Shown piece by piece: positions 26,030 to 38,350 of a stretch of 64,000 nucleotides of DNA. Source of the DNA: Squalus acanthias. Taxonomy: Eukaryota. Location of the stretch: contig CM059431.1 of NCBI GenBank assembly GCA_030390025.1, forward strand, positions 149,546,001-149,610,000, read 5' to 3'. Made by a program: the position numbers and the translations under genes. Position 1 is the stretch's first letter. Each line of letters opens with the position of its first letter. The notes beneath the pieces were generated by a model. The model did no database searches and was not told the DNA's origin. It saw nothing but the letters and a program-made list of their open reading frames with translations.

Positions 26030-26495
26030 TTACTGTCCAGTGAACACTGGTTTAGATAGAGGTGAAACAAGCCATGGTTCCGCCTCCTGATCACTGTCCA
26101 GTGAGTCCTGGTTTATAGAGAATGGAAATTAGCCAGGGTTCTTGCTCCTTATCACTGTTCAGTGTGCCCTAGTTTATAGAGAGCGGAAATCAACCAGAGT
26201 TCCTGAAACTGATCACTGTCCACTGGGCCTTGGTTTATTTAAAGTGGAAATCAGCCTGTTTTCCTGCTCCTGATCACTTTCCAGTGACGCCTGAGTTTGC
26301 AAGGGTGGGATTGAGCAAGGGTTCCTGCTCCTGATCATTGGCCAATCATCCCTGGGTTAGAGAGATGGGGAAATTAGCCAGGGTTCCTGCTCCTGAGCAT
26401 TGTCCAGTGACCCCTGGGTCCGAGAGAGGGGGAATTCAGCCAGGGTTCCTGCTCCTTATCACTGTTCATTGAACCCTGGGTCCGAGAGAGAGAGA
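26030..26495. repeat. 61-62 bp tandem minisatellite (~8 copies)
   Basis: CAGCCAGGGTTCCTGCTCCTGATCACTGTCCAGTGACCCCTGG recurs; its TGATCACTGT core falls at ~26086, 26147 and 26208. Confidence 0.92.
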
Positions 26496-27918
26496 AATGT
26501 AACCCCACTAGTTCAGGAAGGAGGGAGAGAGAAAACATCGAACTACTGAGCAGTTCGCCTGACAGTTAGTTGGAAAATGCTAGAATCTATTATTAAGGAC
26601 GTGGTAACTGGGCACTTAGAAAATAATAATAGGATTGGGCAGAGTCAATACGGATTTATGAAAGGGAAATCGTTTTTGCCAAATCTGTTCGACTTTTCTG
26701 AGGTTGTAACTAGCAGAATAGATAAGGGGGAACCAGTGAATGTGGTGCATTTGGATTTTCTGAAGGCATTCGCTAAGGTGCCACACAACAGGATCTTAAA
26801 CAAAATTAGGTCACATGGGATTGGGGGAAATATTGAGGATTGATTAACTGAGAGAAAACAGAGAGTAGGAATAAACGGGTCATTTTCGGGTTGTCAGGCT
26901 GTAACTAGAGGGGTATCGCGAGAAGCAGTGCTTGGGCTTCAGCTATTCCCAATCTACATCAATGATTTGAATGAGGGACCAAATGTAAGCTATCCAAGTT
27001 TGCTGATGATATAAGTAAGTTGGGAATGTAAGCTGTGAGGAGGACGCAAGGAGGCTTCAAGGGGATATAGACAAGCTAAGTGAGTGGGCAAGTACACGGC
27101 AAAATGTGGAGAAATGTGAAGTTATCCATTTTGGTAGGAAATATAGAAAAGCAGATTATTTGTTAAATGGTGCTAGATTGGGGAATATTGCTGTTCAGAG
27201 GGATCTGGGTGTCCTCGTACACGAATCATTGAAAGATAACATGCAGGTACAGAAAGCAATTAGGAAAGCAAATGGTATGTTGATCTTTATTAATAGAGGA
27301 TTTGAGTATAGGAGTAAAGACGTCTTACTGCAAGTATATAGGGCACTGGAGAGACCAAACCTGGAGTATTGTGTACAGTTATGGTCTAACCTAAGGAAGA
27401 ATAGACTTGCCATAGAGGGAGTACAACGAAGGTTCACCAGATTGGTTCCTGGGATGGGGGGATTATCCAATGAGGACAGATTAAATAGACTCGGCCTATA
27501 TTCTCTAGAATTTAGAAGAATGAGAGGTGATCTCATTGAAACATACAAAATTCGTACAGGTTTTGACAGGTTAGATGCAGGGAAGATGTTTCCCCTGTCT
27601 GGGGAGACTAGAACCAAGGTCACAGATTCAGAATACGGGGTCAGCAATCTAGGACTCAGATGAGACATTTCTTCAATCAGAGGGTCGTGAATCTTTGGAA
27701 TTCTCTACTCCAGAGGACTGTGGAGGCGCAGTCGTTGAGGATATTCAAGAAAGAGATCGATAGATTTTTGAATATATGGGGAATCAAGGGATATGGGTAC
27801 AGTGCAGGAAAGTGGAGATGAGGTAGAAGATCAGACATGATCTTATTGAATGGCGGAGCAGGCTCGAAGGGCCAAATGACCAACTCCTGCTCCTATTTCT
27901 TATGTTCTTATGATCTTA
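26496..27918 (+). mobile_element. CR1 LINE RT/3' fragment, decayed
   Basis: ORFs 26577-26843 and 27106-27663 carry CR1 motifs; the copy ends in a (TTATGTTC)-type tail. Confidence 0.95.
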
Positions 27919-28289
27919 CGGGCGAGTTAAGAGTACATTGCTGATGGTGCAAGTGCAAGAAATGCACAGTGAAGGAAAGGATGGAAAATCCAGATGTTTC
28001 TACTGAGAGCTGCCAATGAGAAAACTGCTGCCCAGGGAGGAGACGCTTGGGCAAACCATGCTAGCAGTGAGTCTCAGGCTGTTCCTCCACCGCAAACCCA
28101 GCTCCCAATAGCGGATTTTATAAACTCCAACACATTTCGCCTGATTTGAACGGTGGAGGGTTTCAAGGGGATTCTGATTTTTGCAGTGAGGAGAGAGGAC
28201 TGTTTATAAAATGCCACATTCCCAAACAATGTTTAAATAAATAAATGCATGATTTTTTTAAACAGTCCGGCAGCGAGTTGTTGTTACGC

Positions 28290-28554
28290 TGAGTGAGACA
28301 CAGAGTGAGAGAGAACGGCAGAGAAAGAGAGACAGAGGAAGAAAAACAGAGTGAGAGATGGAGAGAAAGACGAGGAGAGAGAGAGCCAGAGAAAGTGAGA
28401 CAGATAGAGCTAGAGAGACAGAAGGTGGAAAGAGAGAAAGACCGAGAGAGCGAGAGAGAGAGAGAGAGACAGGAGAGAGTCTGAGATACAGACACAGAGA
28501 CTGAAAGAGTGACAGAGAGGGACGTGATAGAGGGATTCAGAGAGAGCGAGACAG

Positions 28555-28604
<50 letters not shown>

Positions 28605-28914
28605 AGACAGATAGATTTCAGAAGAGAGAGAGGGAGAGAATGAGAGAGAGGAGGAGATAGAGAGAGACAGAGAAGAGGCTGAGATTCAGAGGCAGAAAGA
28701 GAGACAGAGAGGGAGAGAGAGAGACCGGGATAGATTGATAGAGACAGAGGGAGGCAGAGACAGCGGGAAGCATAGAGACAGAGAGGGAAAGGTGGAGAGA
28801 CAGTGAGAGCGGAGAGAGAGAGACAGGCGAGAGTCTGAGATACAGACACAGAGACTGAAAGAGAGACAGAGAGGGCCGGTAGATAGATCCAGAGAGAGTG
28901 AGACAGGATATATG

Positions 28915-28946
<32 letters not shown>

Positions 28947-30005
28947 AAAAAGAGGAGACAGATAAACATAGGAAGAGAGAGAGGGAGAGAATGAGAGAGA
29001 AGAGGAGATAGAGAGAAGAGGAGAAAGAGAGAGACAGAGAAGAGGCTGAGATTCAGAGGCAGAAAGAGAGACCGGGATAGATTGGTAGAGGCAGAGGGAG
29101 GCAGAGACAGCGGGAAGCATAGAGACAGAGAGGGAAAGGGAAATGGGAGATCGGTAGAAACAGATCTGAGAGAGACAGAGGCAGTGAGAGAGAGAGAGAG
29201 AGCGAATGAGAAAAAGGGGGAGAGAGAGACAAACACACAGTGTGATCAAATGAAAGAGGGTGACTGAGATCCAGAGAGTGGGAGAGTGCTAGGGATACAC
29301 AGAGAGAGACGGGGAATGGCACAGAGAGAGCCAGAGAATGGGGAGAGAGACAGAGAGAAGGAGATACACCTACATTGAACGATAGAGAAGGAGACAGTGA
29401 GACAATGAGAGAAAGATAGAGAGCAACAAAGAGAGATAGGCAGGGACAGACAGAGTGACTGAGAGACATTCAGAGAGGGAGAGGCAGATAGAAAGAGGGA
29501 GACGGAGGGGGGGGGGTGAGAAAGAAGGACCTAGAGGGTGCGAGACAGAGAGAGGGGCAGAGAGAGAGAGAGAGAGAGATGCAGATAGATGGATGCGAGA
29601 CAGGAAGGTGCTGAGAGTGAGAGAGAGAGAGAGATGCAGATAGGGGGATGCAGGGACAGAGAGAGAGGGCAATAAAAAGACAAGGAGAAACAAAGAAAAA
29701 GAGAAAGAGACAGAGAGGGACAGAGAGAGTGTGGCAGAGTAAAAGCCAGACAGAGAGTGGGAACGGAGGTTAAAAGAGAGACAAGATGAAACCAACAGAG
29801 TGGGAGAGACAGAGGGGGATTCAGAGCGAGAGACAGGGACAGATACAAAGAGATGGACAGAGAGAGAGTGGAGAGGGCGAGAGACAGAGAGCGAGAAAGA
29901 AAGGGAGTGATAGACAGACAGAGCAAGAGAAGCAAATAGTGAGATAGACAGAGAGAGGGAGAGAGAAAAAGAGCGCGAGAAAATGGGAGATGGAGATGTA
30001 AACAG
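28290..30005. repeat. GA-rich low-complexity block with an internal ~360-bp direct duplication
   Basis: GAGAGTCTGAGATACAGACACAGAGACTGAAAGAG...(AT)n(AG)n...GAAGAGGCTGAGATTCAGAGGCAGAAAGAGAG occurs at ~28475-28700 and again at ~28829-29070. Confidence 0.9.
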
Positions 30006-31290
30006 AGAATAGAATCATAGAATGGTTACAATACAGAAGGAGGCCATTCCGGGTCTTTGGAAGAGCACTTCAGCTAGTCCCGCTCCCCCGCCCTTTCCCC
30101 TGAGCCCTGCAATGTTTTCCTTCAGGAACTTATCCAATTCCATTTTGAAAGCCACGATTGAATCTGCCTCCACCACACTTTCAGGCAGCGCATTCCAGAT
30201 CATAACCAGTTGCTGCGTAAACAAGGATATCCGCATGTCGCCTCTGGACCTTCTGCCAATCACCTTAAATCTGTGTCCTCTGATTCTCCACCCTTCCACC
30301 AATGGGACCAGTTTCTTTCTATCTCGCGTTCTCAACCTGCCCTGCCACCTTCCGCGATTGATACACATAAGCCCCCAGGTCTCTCTGTTCCTGCACCCCT
30401 TTAGGATTGTAACCTTTAGTTTATATTGCCTCTCCCCGTTCTTCCTAGACAATGTATCAATTCGCACTTTTCTGCGTTAACCTTTATCTGCGACGTGTCT
30501 GCTCATTCCACCAGCCTGTCTCTGTCCTCTTGAAGTCTATCCCAAGCTCCTCTCTGATCACTATACCTCCAAGTTTTGTGTCATCCACAAATTTTGAAAT
30601 AATGCCCTGTACACCCAAGGCATATCATTAATATATATCAAGAAAAACAGTGGTCCTAGTACCGACCCCTGGGTTACACCACTCTATAGCTTCCTCCAGT
30701 CCGAAAAGCAACCGTTCACCACTACACTCTGTTGCCGGTCACTTAGCCAATTTCGTATCCATGCTGCCACTGCCCATTATATTCCATGGGATTCAATTTT
30801 GCTGGCAAGCCTATTATGTGGCACTTTATCAAATGCCTTTTGGAAGTCCATGTACACCACATCAACCGCATTACCCTTATCAACCCTCTCTGTTACCTTA
30901 TCAGAAAATGTTAACAAGTTTGTTAATCTTGATTTGTCTTTTACATATCAGTGCTGGGTTCCGTTAATTAATCCACACTTGTCCAAGTAACTGTGAATCT
31001 TGTCACTGATGATCGTTTCTAAAAGCTTCCCTACCATCGAGCTCATGCTCACTTGTCCTTACACCCTTTTTTGAACAAGTGTGTAATATTTGCTATTTTC
31101 CAGTCGCCTGGCACCACCCCATACCAAAGGATGATTGGAAGATTCTAGCCAAAGTACCTCCACAATTTCCACTTTACTTCCTTCAGCGTCCTAGGATGCA
31201 TCCCGTCCGGTCCTGGTGAATTATCTATTTTAAGCACAGCCTGCCTTTCTAGCACCTGCTCTTTATCAATTTTTATCCCATCCAATAGCG
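30006..31290 (-). mobile_element. CR1 LINE fragment, decayed
   Basis: The minus strand carries LFTQQLVMIWNALPESVVEA. The + strand shows the typical antisense GGCACTTTATCAAATGCCTTTTGGAAGTCC. Confidence 0.9.
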
Positions 31291-32149
31291 CGACAGAAAG
31301 GGAGAAAGACGGACAGAGTGACAGAACTAGAGGGGAGAGTTAGATGGAGATAGAGAGAGGAGGGATATTAGATGTAGATAGGGAGAGAGAAGAGGGGGTG
31401 ACAGACATAGAGGAGAGAAAGAGGGAGATAGAGCGATGCGATATTATTACATATAGATAGGGAGAGAGAGAGAGTGACAGAGATAGAGGGAAGATCGATG
31501 ATCGCAGACAAACACGGAGTGAGAAGCAGATTCCAGACAGAGGGATATGTGTTTACCTCTTGGTTCTGTAAAATCCTGTGTGCTGTGGGCCCTTTGAGCT
31601 GTTGGTGATCCTTTGACGAATGTGCTTTATTACTGGGTGTGATCCCAGATTTTTTATCGCCAAAAATGGCACAGAACTGAGTTGTTGCCAACAAACCAAA
31701 ATCTACTTGTTGGAAGGATAGTAGATTTATGCCAGGAAGAAAGTGGATTAATTTAAATACACTTGGATGGCGGAAGCAGGAATTGATATCTCGCCACTGA
31801 TCTGACTGCGAGACTGGAACAGAGCATCCCAGGGAGGGGCATCACTGAGAGTATGGGGAGGGAATGATCATTGGGAACGCCCCAGCCTCCATCCCGGCCT
31901 GTGTTGTGTTAGCCTGATCTCAACCCCGGTGTGGGACTGAGCCGCACACACACGCACAGAGCAGGAAAGGCCCAGGCTCCATCTCCGGCCTGTGTTGAGT
32001 GAATGATCTCACACCCGCTGTGGTACTGAGTCCTCCAATACACACACACAGATCAGTAATGGTCCAGGCTCCAACCACGGTCTGTGCTGAGTTCGCTTGA
32101 TCTCACACGCCTTGTGGTACTGAGCCCCACACACGCCGACACACACAGA

Positions 32150-32610
32150 ATGGATGCTTTTAGAGGCAGCTTTACTCTACATTTCACTGATGCTGTAACT
32201 GCCCTGGGCGAAATCGAGGGCGCAGTGTGTAGGAATTTTACGCGGTATCTAACCCCGTGCTGTACCTGCCCTGGTAGTGTTTGATGGGACATTGTAGAGT
32301 GAGTTTTACTCTATATCTAACCCCGTGCTGTACCTGCCCTGCGAGTGTTTGATAGGACATTGTAGAGTGAGTTTTACTCTGTCTCTAACCATGTGCTGTA
32401 CCTGCCCTAGGAGTGTTTGATGGGGCAGTGCTGAGTGAGTTTTACTCTGTATCTAAACCATGCTGTACCTGCCCTGGAAGTGTTTGATGGGACAGTGTAG
32501 ATAGAGTTTCACTCTGTATCTAACCCGTGCTGAAATTGACTGGGACTGTTTGATGGGACAGTATAGAGGGAGCTTTACTCTGTCTCTAACCCAAGGCTGT
32601 ACCTGCTGTG
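32150..32610 (-). repeat. 68-bp satellite (right arm of the inverted duplication)
   Basis: Reverse complement of 21950-22550. TTGAT(G/A)GGAC occurs at 32281 and 32349. Confidence 0.93.
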
Positions 32611-33049
32611 GTTGCAGTTTAAACTAAGATGATTTTCATTCCCCACGCCTCACATTCCTGAGCATTATTCTGAGACAGTGTTTGTGTTGGTCAGTCCTGT
32701 TATTACAAAACTCCTTTTTTCCACCCTGTAAGGTTCTGTTTCTCGCTGGGGTCCTGGTTCCTCGGGCTGTTCATTCACGGTTCACTGCTGAGTGTTGCTA
32801 TTGAACAGTGGGAGGCGTCGTGGTCAGTCTCCATCGTGATTTCCGCTTCCATAAAAACGGCCGTCTCCGCCCGCGCCTGTGCTCATCTTCTGCTGGCCCT
32901 TTTATCCAAGTCCTGGTTACCTCTAGACACGATATCCTGTGAACAAGTAGACATAAATAATGTAATAATATAAAATCAATGATTTGTAATTCTCTGATGG
33001 AAACCAGGCAAGGCCTGTGATCAGAGGTGGGCTTCATGCTCCTCTCAAC

Positions 33050-34360
33050 AAATTACATATAATTTACAGCACAGAAGGAGGTCATTAGCCCAACTGCTTC
33101 ATCAAAGTGTTTATGCTCCACACGAACCTCCTCCCACCCCTCTTCATCATACACAATCAGAATTACCTTCTATTCCGTTCTTCTTCATGTGTTTATCACG
33201 CTTCCCCTTAAATGGTTTAATGCCATTCAACTCAAGCAATCTCTGTGGTAGCGAGTTCTACATTCTCACCACTCTCTGGGTAAAGATATTTCTCCTGAAT
33301 TCCATATTGGATTTATTGCTGACTATCTTATATTTATGGCCCGTGGTTTTGGTCTCATACTTATTTCATGATTTCAGTTTAAAAAAAATATACTTTGAAT
33401 TTTTCAACACACCTTGTCTCAACAGCACATTGTGTTTGCTTTTCCGCTGTCGACTTTATCAGAGTGCACGTTACGATTAGAATCTGTCTCAAAAACTGCA
33501 GGACTCCGATTCTACACATGAGACAATGACTCAGTGGCTTCTGTTATCAAAGAATCACAGAATCATACAGCACAGAAAGAGGCCATTCAGTCCATCGAGC
33601 ACTGTGCCGGCTCTTTGAAACAGCTATTCAATTAGTGCCACTCCCCTGTTCTTTTCCCATAGTCCTGCAAGTCCCTCACTTCCAGTATTGATCCCGTTCC
33701 CTTTTGAAAGTTATTATTGAATCTGCTTCTATCACCTTTTCAGGCAGTGCATTCCAGATCATAACAACTCGCTGCGAAGATCAAATTCTCCTCATCATCG
33801 CTCTGGTTCTTTTGCCAATTATCTTATATCTGTGTCTTTTGTTTACCGACCCTTCTGTCAGTAGAAATATTTTCTCCTCATTTACTCTATGAAACCCATC
33901 ATAATTTTGAACACCGCCAATATATCTCCCTTTTATCTTGCATGCTCCCTGGAGAAAAATTCGATCTTCTCGCGTCTCTTTACATAAATTAATTCCCTCA
34001 TCCTTGAAACCATTCTATTAAATCTCTTCTGTGCCCACTCCAAGACCTTGACATCCTTCCTAAAGCTGCCAAGAATTGGACACAATACTCAAGCCGGGGC
34101 CTAACCAGCGATTTATGAAGGTTTCCGCATAACTCCCTTGCTCTTGTTCTCTGCCGCTATTTATAAAGCGAAGGATCCCATGTGTTATTTTAACAATCTT
34201 GTCAACTTGTCCTGCCATCTTCAAAGGCTTGTGTACGTAAACTCTCAGGTGTCTCTTTTCCAGCACCCCCTTTAAAATTGTACAATTTAGTTTATATTGC
34301 CTCTCCACATTTTCCTCCCTGATATATACTTCACACATCTCTGCATTAAATTTCAGCTGT
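33050..34360 (-). mobile_element. Two decayed CR1 3' fragments (~33050-33355 and ~33550-34360)
   Basis: Antisense CR1 3' ends such as CATACAGCACAGAAAGAGGCCATTCAG, plus ORF 34060-34338. Confidence 0.85.
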
Positions 34361-34361
34361 C

Positions 34362-35665
34362 TTTTTTAATTTTTTATTGATCATGCGATGTAACCATGGC
34401 TGGCATAGCCAGCAATTATTGCCCATCCCTAATTGCCCTTTAGAATGTGGCGTTGAGCCGCCTTCTTGAATAGCTGCAGACCATGAGGCGAAGATTCTCC
34501 AACAGAGCTGTTACGGAGAGAGTTGTAATTTTGACCCAGCGACGATGAAGGAACGGCGATATCTTTCCAAGTCAGGAAGGTCTGTGACTTGGAGGGGAAC
34601 TTGGAGGTGGTGGCGTTCCCATGCGCCAGCTGCCCTTGCCCTTCTAGTTGGAAGAGGTAGCGGGTTTGGGAGGCGATGGAGAAGAAGCCTTGGCGAGTTG
34701 CTGCAGTGCATCTTGTAGATGGTGCACACTGCAGCCACGGTACGCCGGCGGTGGATGGTCTGAATGTTTAAGGTGGTTGATGGTGTGACAATCAAGCGGG
34801 TTGTTCTGTCCTGGATGATGTTGAGCATCTTGAGTGCTGTTGGAGCTGCAATGATCCAGAAAACTGCAGAGTATTCCATCACACTCCTGATTTGTGCTTT
34901 GTAGATGGTGGAAAGGCTTTGGAGTGTCAGGAGGTGAAACAATCGCCGCAGAATACCCAGGCTCTGACCTGTCCGGTAGCTGCAATTTTAATGTGGCTGG
35001 TCTCGCTCCAGTTAAGTTTCTGGTGAATGGTGTCCCTCAGGATATTGATGGTGGGGGATTTGGCGATGGTAATGCCATTGAAATTCACGGGCAGGTGGCT
35101 CTTGTTAGAGATCGTCATTGCCTGGCGCTTGCCACTTATCAGCCCAAGCCTGAATCTCATCCAGGTCTTGCTGCATGCGGGCACGGACTGCTTCATTATC
35201 TGAGGAATTGCGAATGGAATTAAGCACTGCAATTGTAAGCGAACATCCCCAGTTCTGACCTCATGATGAAGCGAAGGTCATTGATGAAACAGCTGAAGAT
35301 GGTTATGCCTAGGACACTGCTCTGTGCAACGCCTGCAGTGATGTCCTGGGGCTGTGCTTATTGACTTCCAGCAACCACAGCCATCTTACTTTGTGTTAGG
35401 TATGACTCCAGTTAATGGAGAGTTTCCCCCTCATTCCCAATGACTTCCATTTGACTAGGGCTCCTTGATGCCACACTTGGTCAAATGTTGCCTTGATGTC
35501 GAGGGCAGTCACTCTCACCTCACTCTGGAATTTAGCTCTTTGTCCAGGTTTCGAAAAAGGCTGTATTGAAGTCCTGGTTGAACACAAACAGAGCGAGGGT
35601 GATTAGGTTATTGGTGAGTAAGTACCACTTAATAGCACTGTCGCCGACACCTTTCATCATTTTGG
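34362..35665 (-). mobile_element. L2/CR1-group LINE (same family as 17061-17557)
   Basis: Translation: TIYKAQIRSVMEYS...AAPTALKMLNIIQDRTTRLI...RRRTVAAVCTIYKMHC and ALDIKATFDQVWHQGALVK. Confidence 0.88.
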
Positions 35666-35784
35666 TCATTTCACCAGACTGTCGATGTCCTCCTGAAGCC
35701 TACTGCTATCCCATTCAGTGTTTACTACATTTCCCAAATTCGTGTCATCTGCAAAAGTTCAATTTTTGCCATTTATATATATTA

Positions 35785-35825
<41 letters not shown>

Positions 35826-37110
35826 TATATCATTAATAGAGTCATAGATTTATACAGCAGATAAATATGCCCTTTGGCCCATCGTGTCCCCGCCGGCCAT
35901 CAAGCCCTGTCTATTCTAATCCCATTTCCAGCACTTGGTCCATAGCCTTGTATGCTGTGGCGTTTCAAGTGCTCATCTAAATGCTTCTTGAATGTTGTGA
36001 GGGTCCCTGCCTCTACCACCCTTTCAGGCAGTGAGTTCCAGATAACAACAACCCTCTGGGTGAAAAAGTTTTTCCTCCAATCCCCTCTAAATCTCCTGCC
36101 CCTTACCTTGAAGCTATGCCCCCTGGTTATTGACCCCTCTACTAAGGGGAAAAGTTCCTTTCAGCTATCCTATCTATGCCCCTCATAATTTTGTACACCT
36201 CAATCAGGTCCCCCCTCAGCCTTCTCTGCTCCAAGGAAAACAGCCCCAGCCTGTCCAGTCTCTCTTCATAGCTGAAGCGCTCCAGCCCAGGTAACATCCT
36301 GGTGCATCTCCTCTGCACCCTCTCTAAAGCAATCACATCCCTCCTATAGTTTTGTGACCGGAACTGCGCACAATATTCCAGCTGTGGCCTAACTAAAGTA
36401 TTGTACAGCTCCATCATAACCTCCCTGCTCTTATATTCTATGCCTCGTCTAATGAAGGCAAGTAACCCATATGCCTTTTCATCACCTTATCTACCTGTCC
36501 TATCTAATCTTGGTCAAAAAGTTCAGTGGTCCGAATAGCGACTCCTGGAGGTCACCCGTGTAAACTTCCCACCACTCTGAACAACAAACATTTTCCTCTA
36601 CTCTCTGTTTTCTGTCCCTAAGCCAATATCAAATCCATTCTGCCACTGACCCTTTTTGTCCTAACAGGTTCATTCAATGAACTTTATCAAATGCATTTTA
36701 AAGTCCATATAAACAGCGTCAACCACACTACACTCATCAACCATCTCCATTACTTCATCAAAGAAATCAATCAAGATTGTCAGTCACACTTTGCCGTTAA
36801 CATGTCCGTGATCGTTGTCAATTATTAATCCATGTTTCTTTCCAAGTGACAGTTAATTTTCTCCGGGAATATGGCCTCGAGAAGCTTCCGCACCACCGAC
36901 GTTAGCCTGACTGGTCTACAGTTACAGGGTTTATCCCTCTCTCCTTTTTTAAACTGTGTGTAACACCTGCAACCCTACAATCCTCCGGCACCTCTCCCAT
37001 ATCCAAGGTGGATTGAAAGATTCTGGACAGATCCTGCGCTATTTCCATCATTCCTTCCCTCATAAACCCTGATACAGCCCACCCCGACCGCGGAAATATT
37101 CTACTCTACT
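35666..37110 (-). mobile_element. Nested CR1 fragments (younger copy ~35838-36500 within an older one) with (AT)n at ~35790-35822
   Basis: ORF 36142-36417 reads LYNTLVRPQLEYCAQF...LERVQRR...[24 protein letters not shown]. Confidence 0.88.
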
Positions 37111-37144
37111 GTGCTACAAAACGGTGCTGGAACGAAAAGGGTTA

Positions 37145-37290
37145 ACTGAAGCTGTTTGTTCAGTGACTGCAATTAATGTCAGTCTCAACGGGTTATCTGA
37201 AGCTATTTGTTCAGTGACTGCAATTAATGTCATTCTCCATGGACCCCATTTGCATCAGTGCAGGGTTTCCTTCTTCTATTAATAAGGGAC
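37145..37290 (+). promoter_or_regulatory. Putative GPCR promoter: 35-bp direct repeat pair plus TATA-like box
   Basis: CTGAAGCT(G/A)TTTGTTCAGTGACTGCAATTAATGTC occurs at 37147 and 37197. TATTAATAAG lies at ~37277, ~140 bp upstream of the ATG. Confidence 0.4.
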
Positions 37291-37414
37291 TCCTTTCAAG
37301 GTGTTATACCATAGTGTCAGTGAGAGCATCACCTCCGGTACTAACAGGAATCAGCACGTTGTTCCACAGAGAGGGATTCGGAATCTGAGAACAGTAGATT
37401 CGAATGTTACAACA

Positions 37415-37595
37415 ATGGATCAGAATATGAGAACAGGAGATTGGAATGTTACAACAATGGGCAGGAGTTTCTCCTCGGTTGTTGAATATTTTTCTGTACA
37501 TTATGATGAACTATCATTAGAACGACAGATCCAGCACGCACTTTTGATTATTCAATTCTTTTACTACCCCCTCCTTGCTGCTGTTGGCGTTCCTG
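37415..37595 (+). CDS. Exon 1 of an orphan class A GPCR (GPR139/GPR142-like): N-terminus and first half of TM1
   Basis: ACAATGG Kozak ATG at 37415 (alternative at 37457). Encodes MDQNMRTGDWNVTTMG...IQFFYYPLLAAVGVP and ends at the donor CCTG|GTAAGT in phase 1, compatible with exon 2. Confidence 0.8.
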
Positions 37596-37964
37596 GTAAG
37601 TTTCTGTATCCAGCTATTAATTCTATAAACTTTGTTTAACTGCATTACTGTTCTTGCCTTTTACTCTCCCCTCCTTGATGCGATTGCTGTTCCTGGTAAG
37701 TCTCTGTAACAACCTATTAACTGTGAAAAACTTTGCATGCTGTATTACTATTCCCGTAAGTTACGCTCTCATTTTTGCTGCTGTTGGTGTTACTTTTAAA
37801 TCTCTACATAAAGCAATTAGATCTGTAAAACCAGGTCTCACTGTATTACTGTGTTTATCATTTCAATCTTGGGAAGACCAAAGCCATTGTCTTCTGTCCT
37901 CGACAGAAAATCAATTTGTATGCAACATTTCAGTCTCCCTCCCTGGCCAATGTCTGCAGATGAA

Positions 37965-38350
37965 CCAGACTGTTCACAGCAACGGCATTTTCTTTGACCC
38001 TGAGCTGAGTTCCGAACTCATATCCTCTGATCCATCAGTCCAGCCTAATGGCACCTCCATAAAATCGATCGTCTCCACCCCGACTCAGCCCTTCCGCTGC
38101 ATAAACCCTCACCCGTGCCTTTGTTAAATCCTGACTCGATAACTACAATACTCTCCCGGCTGGCCACACATTTAAAAGCCTTCATAAACTAAAGGCACAT
38201 CCACAGCTCTGCTGCCCTTATCCTAACACGCATCATGTCCCGTTCACCCATCACCCTTTTGCTCGCTGAGAACCATTTGCTCCTGATCGGGAAATGCCTC
38301 GATCTGAATATTCTCATGCTTCAGATCAAATCCGACCATGGCCTCAGCAA
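37965..38350 (+). mobile_element. Old L2 LINE fragment
   Basis: AAACCCTCACCCGTGCCTTTGTTA...ACTCGATAACTACAATACTCTCCCGGCTGGCC resembles the decayed L2 motif LIHAFVTSRLDYSNALLAG. Confidence 0.6.
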
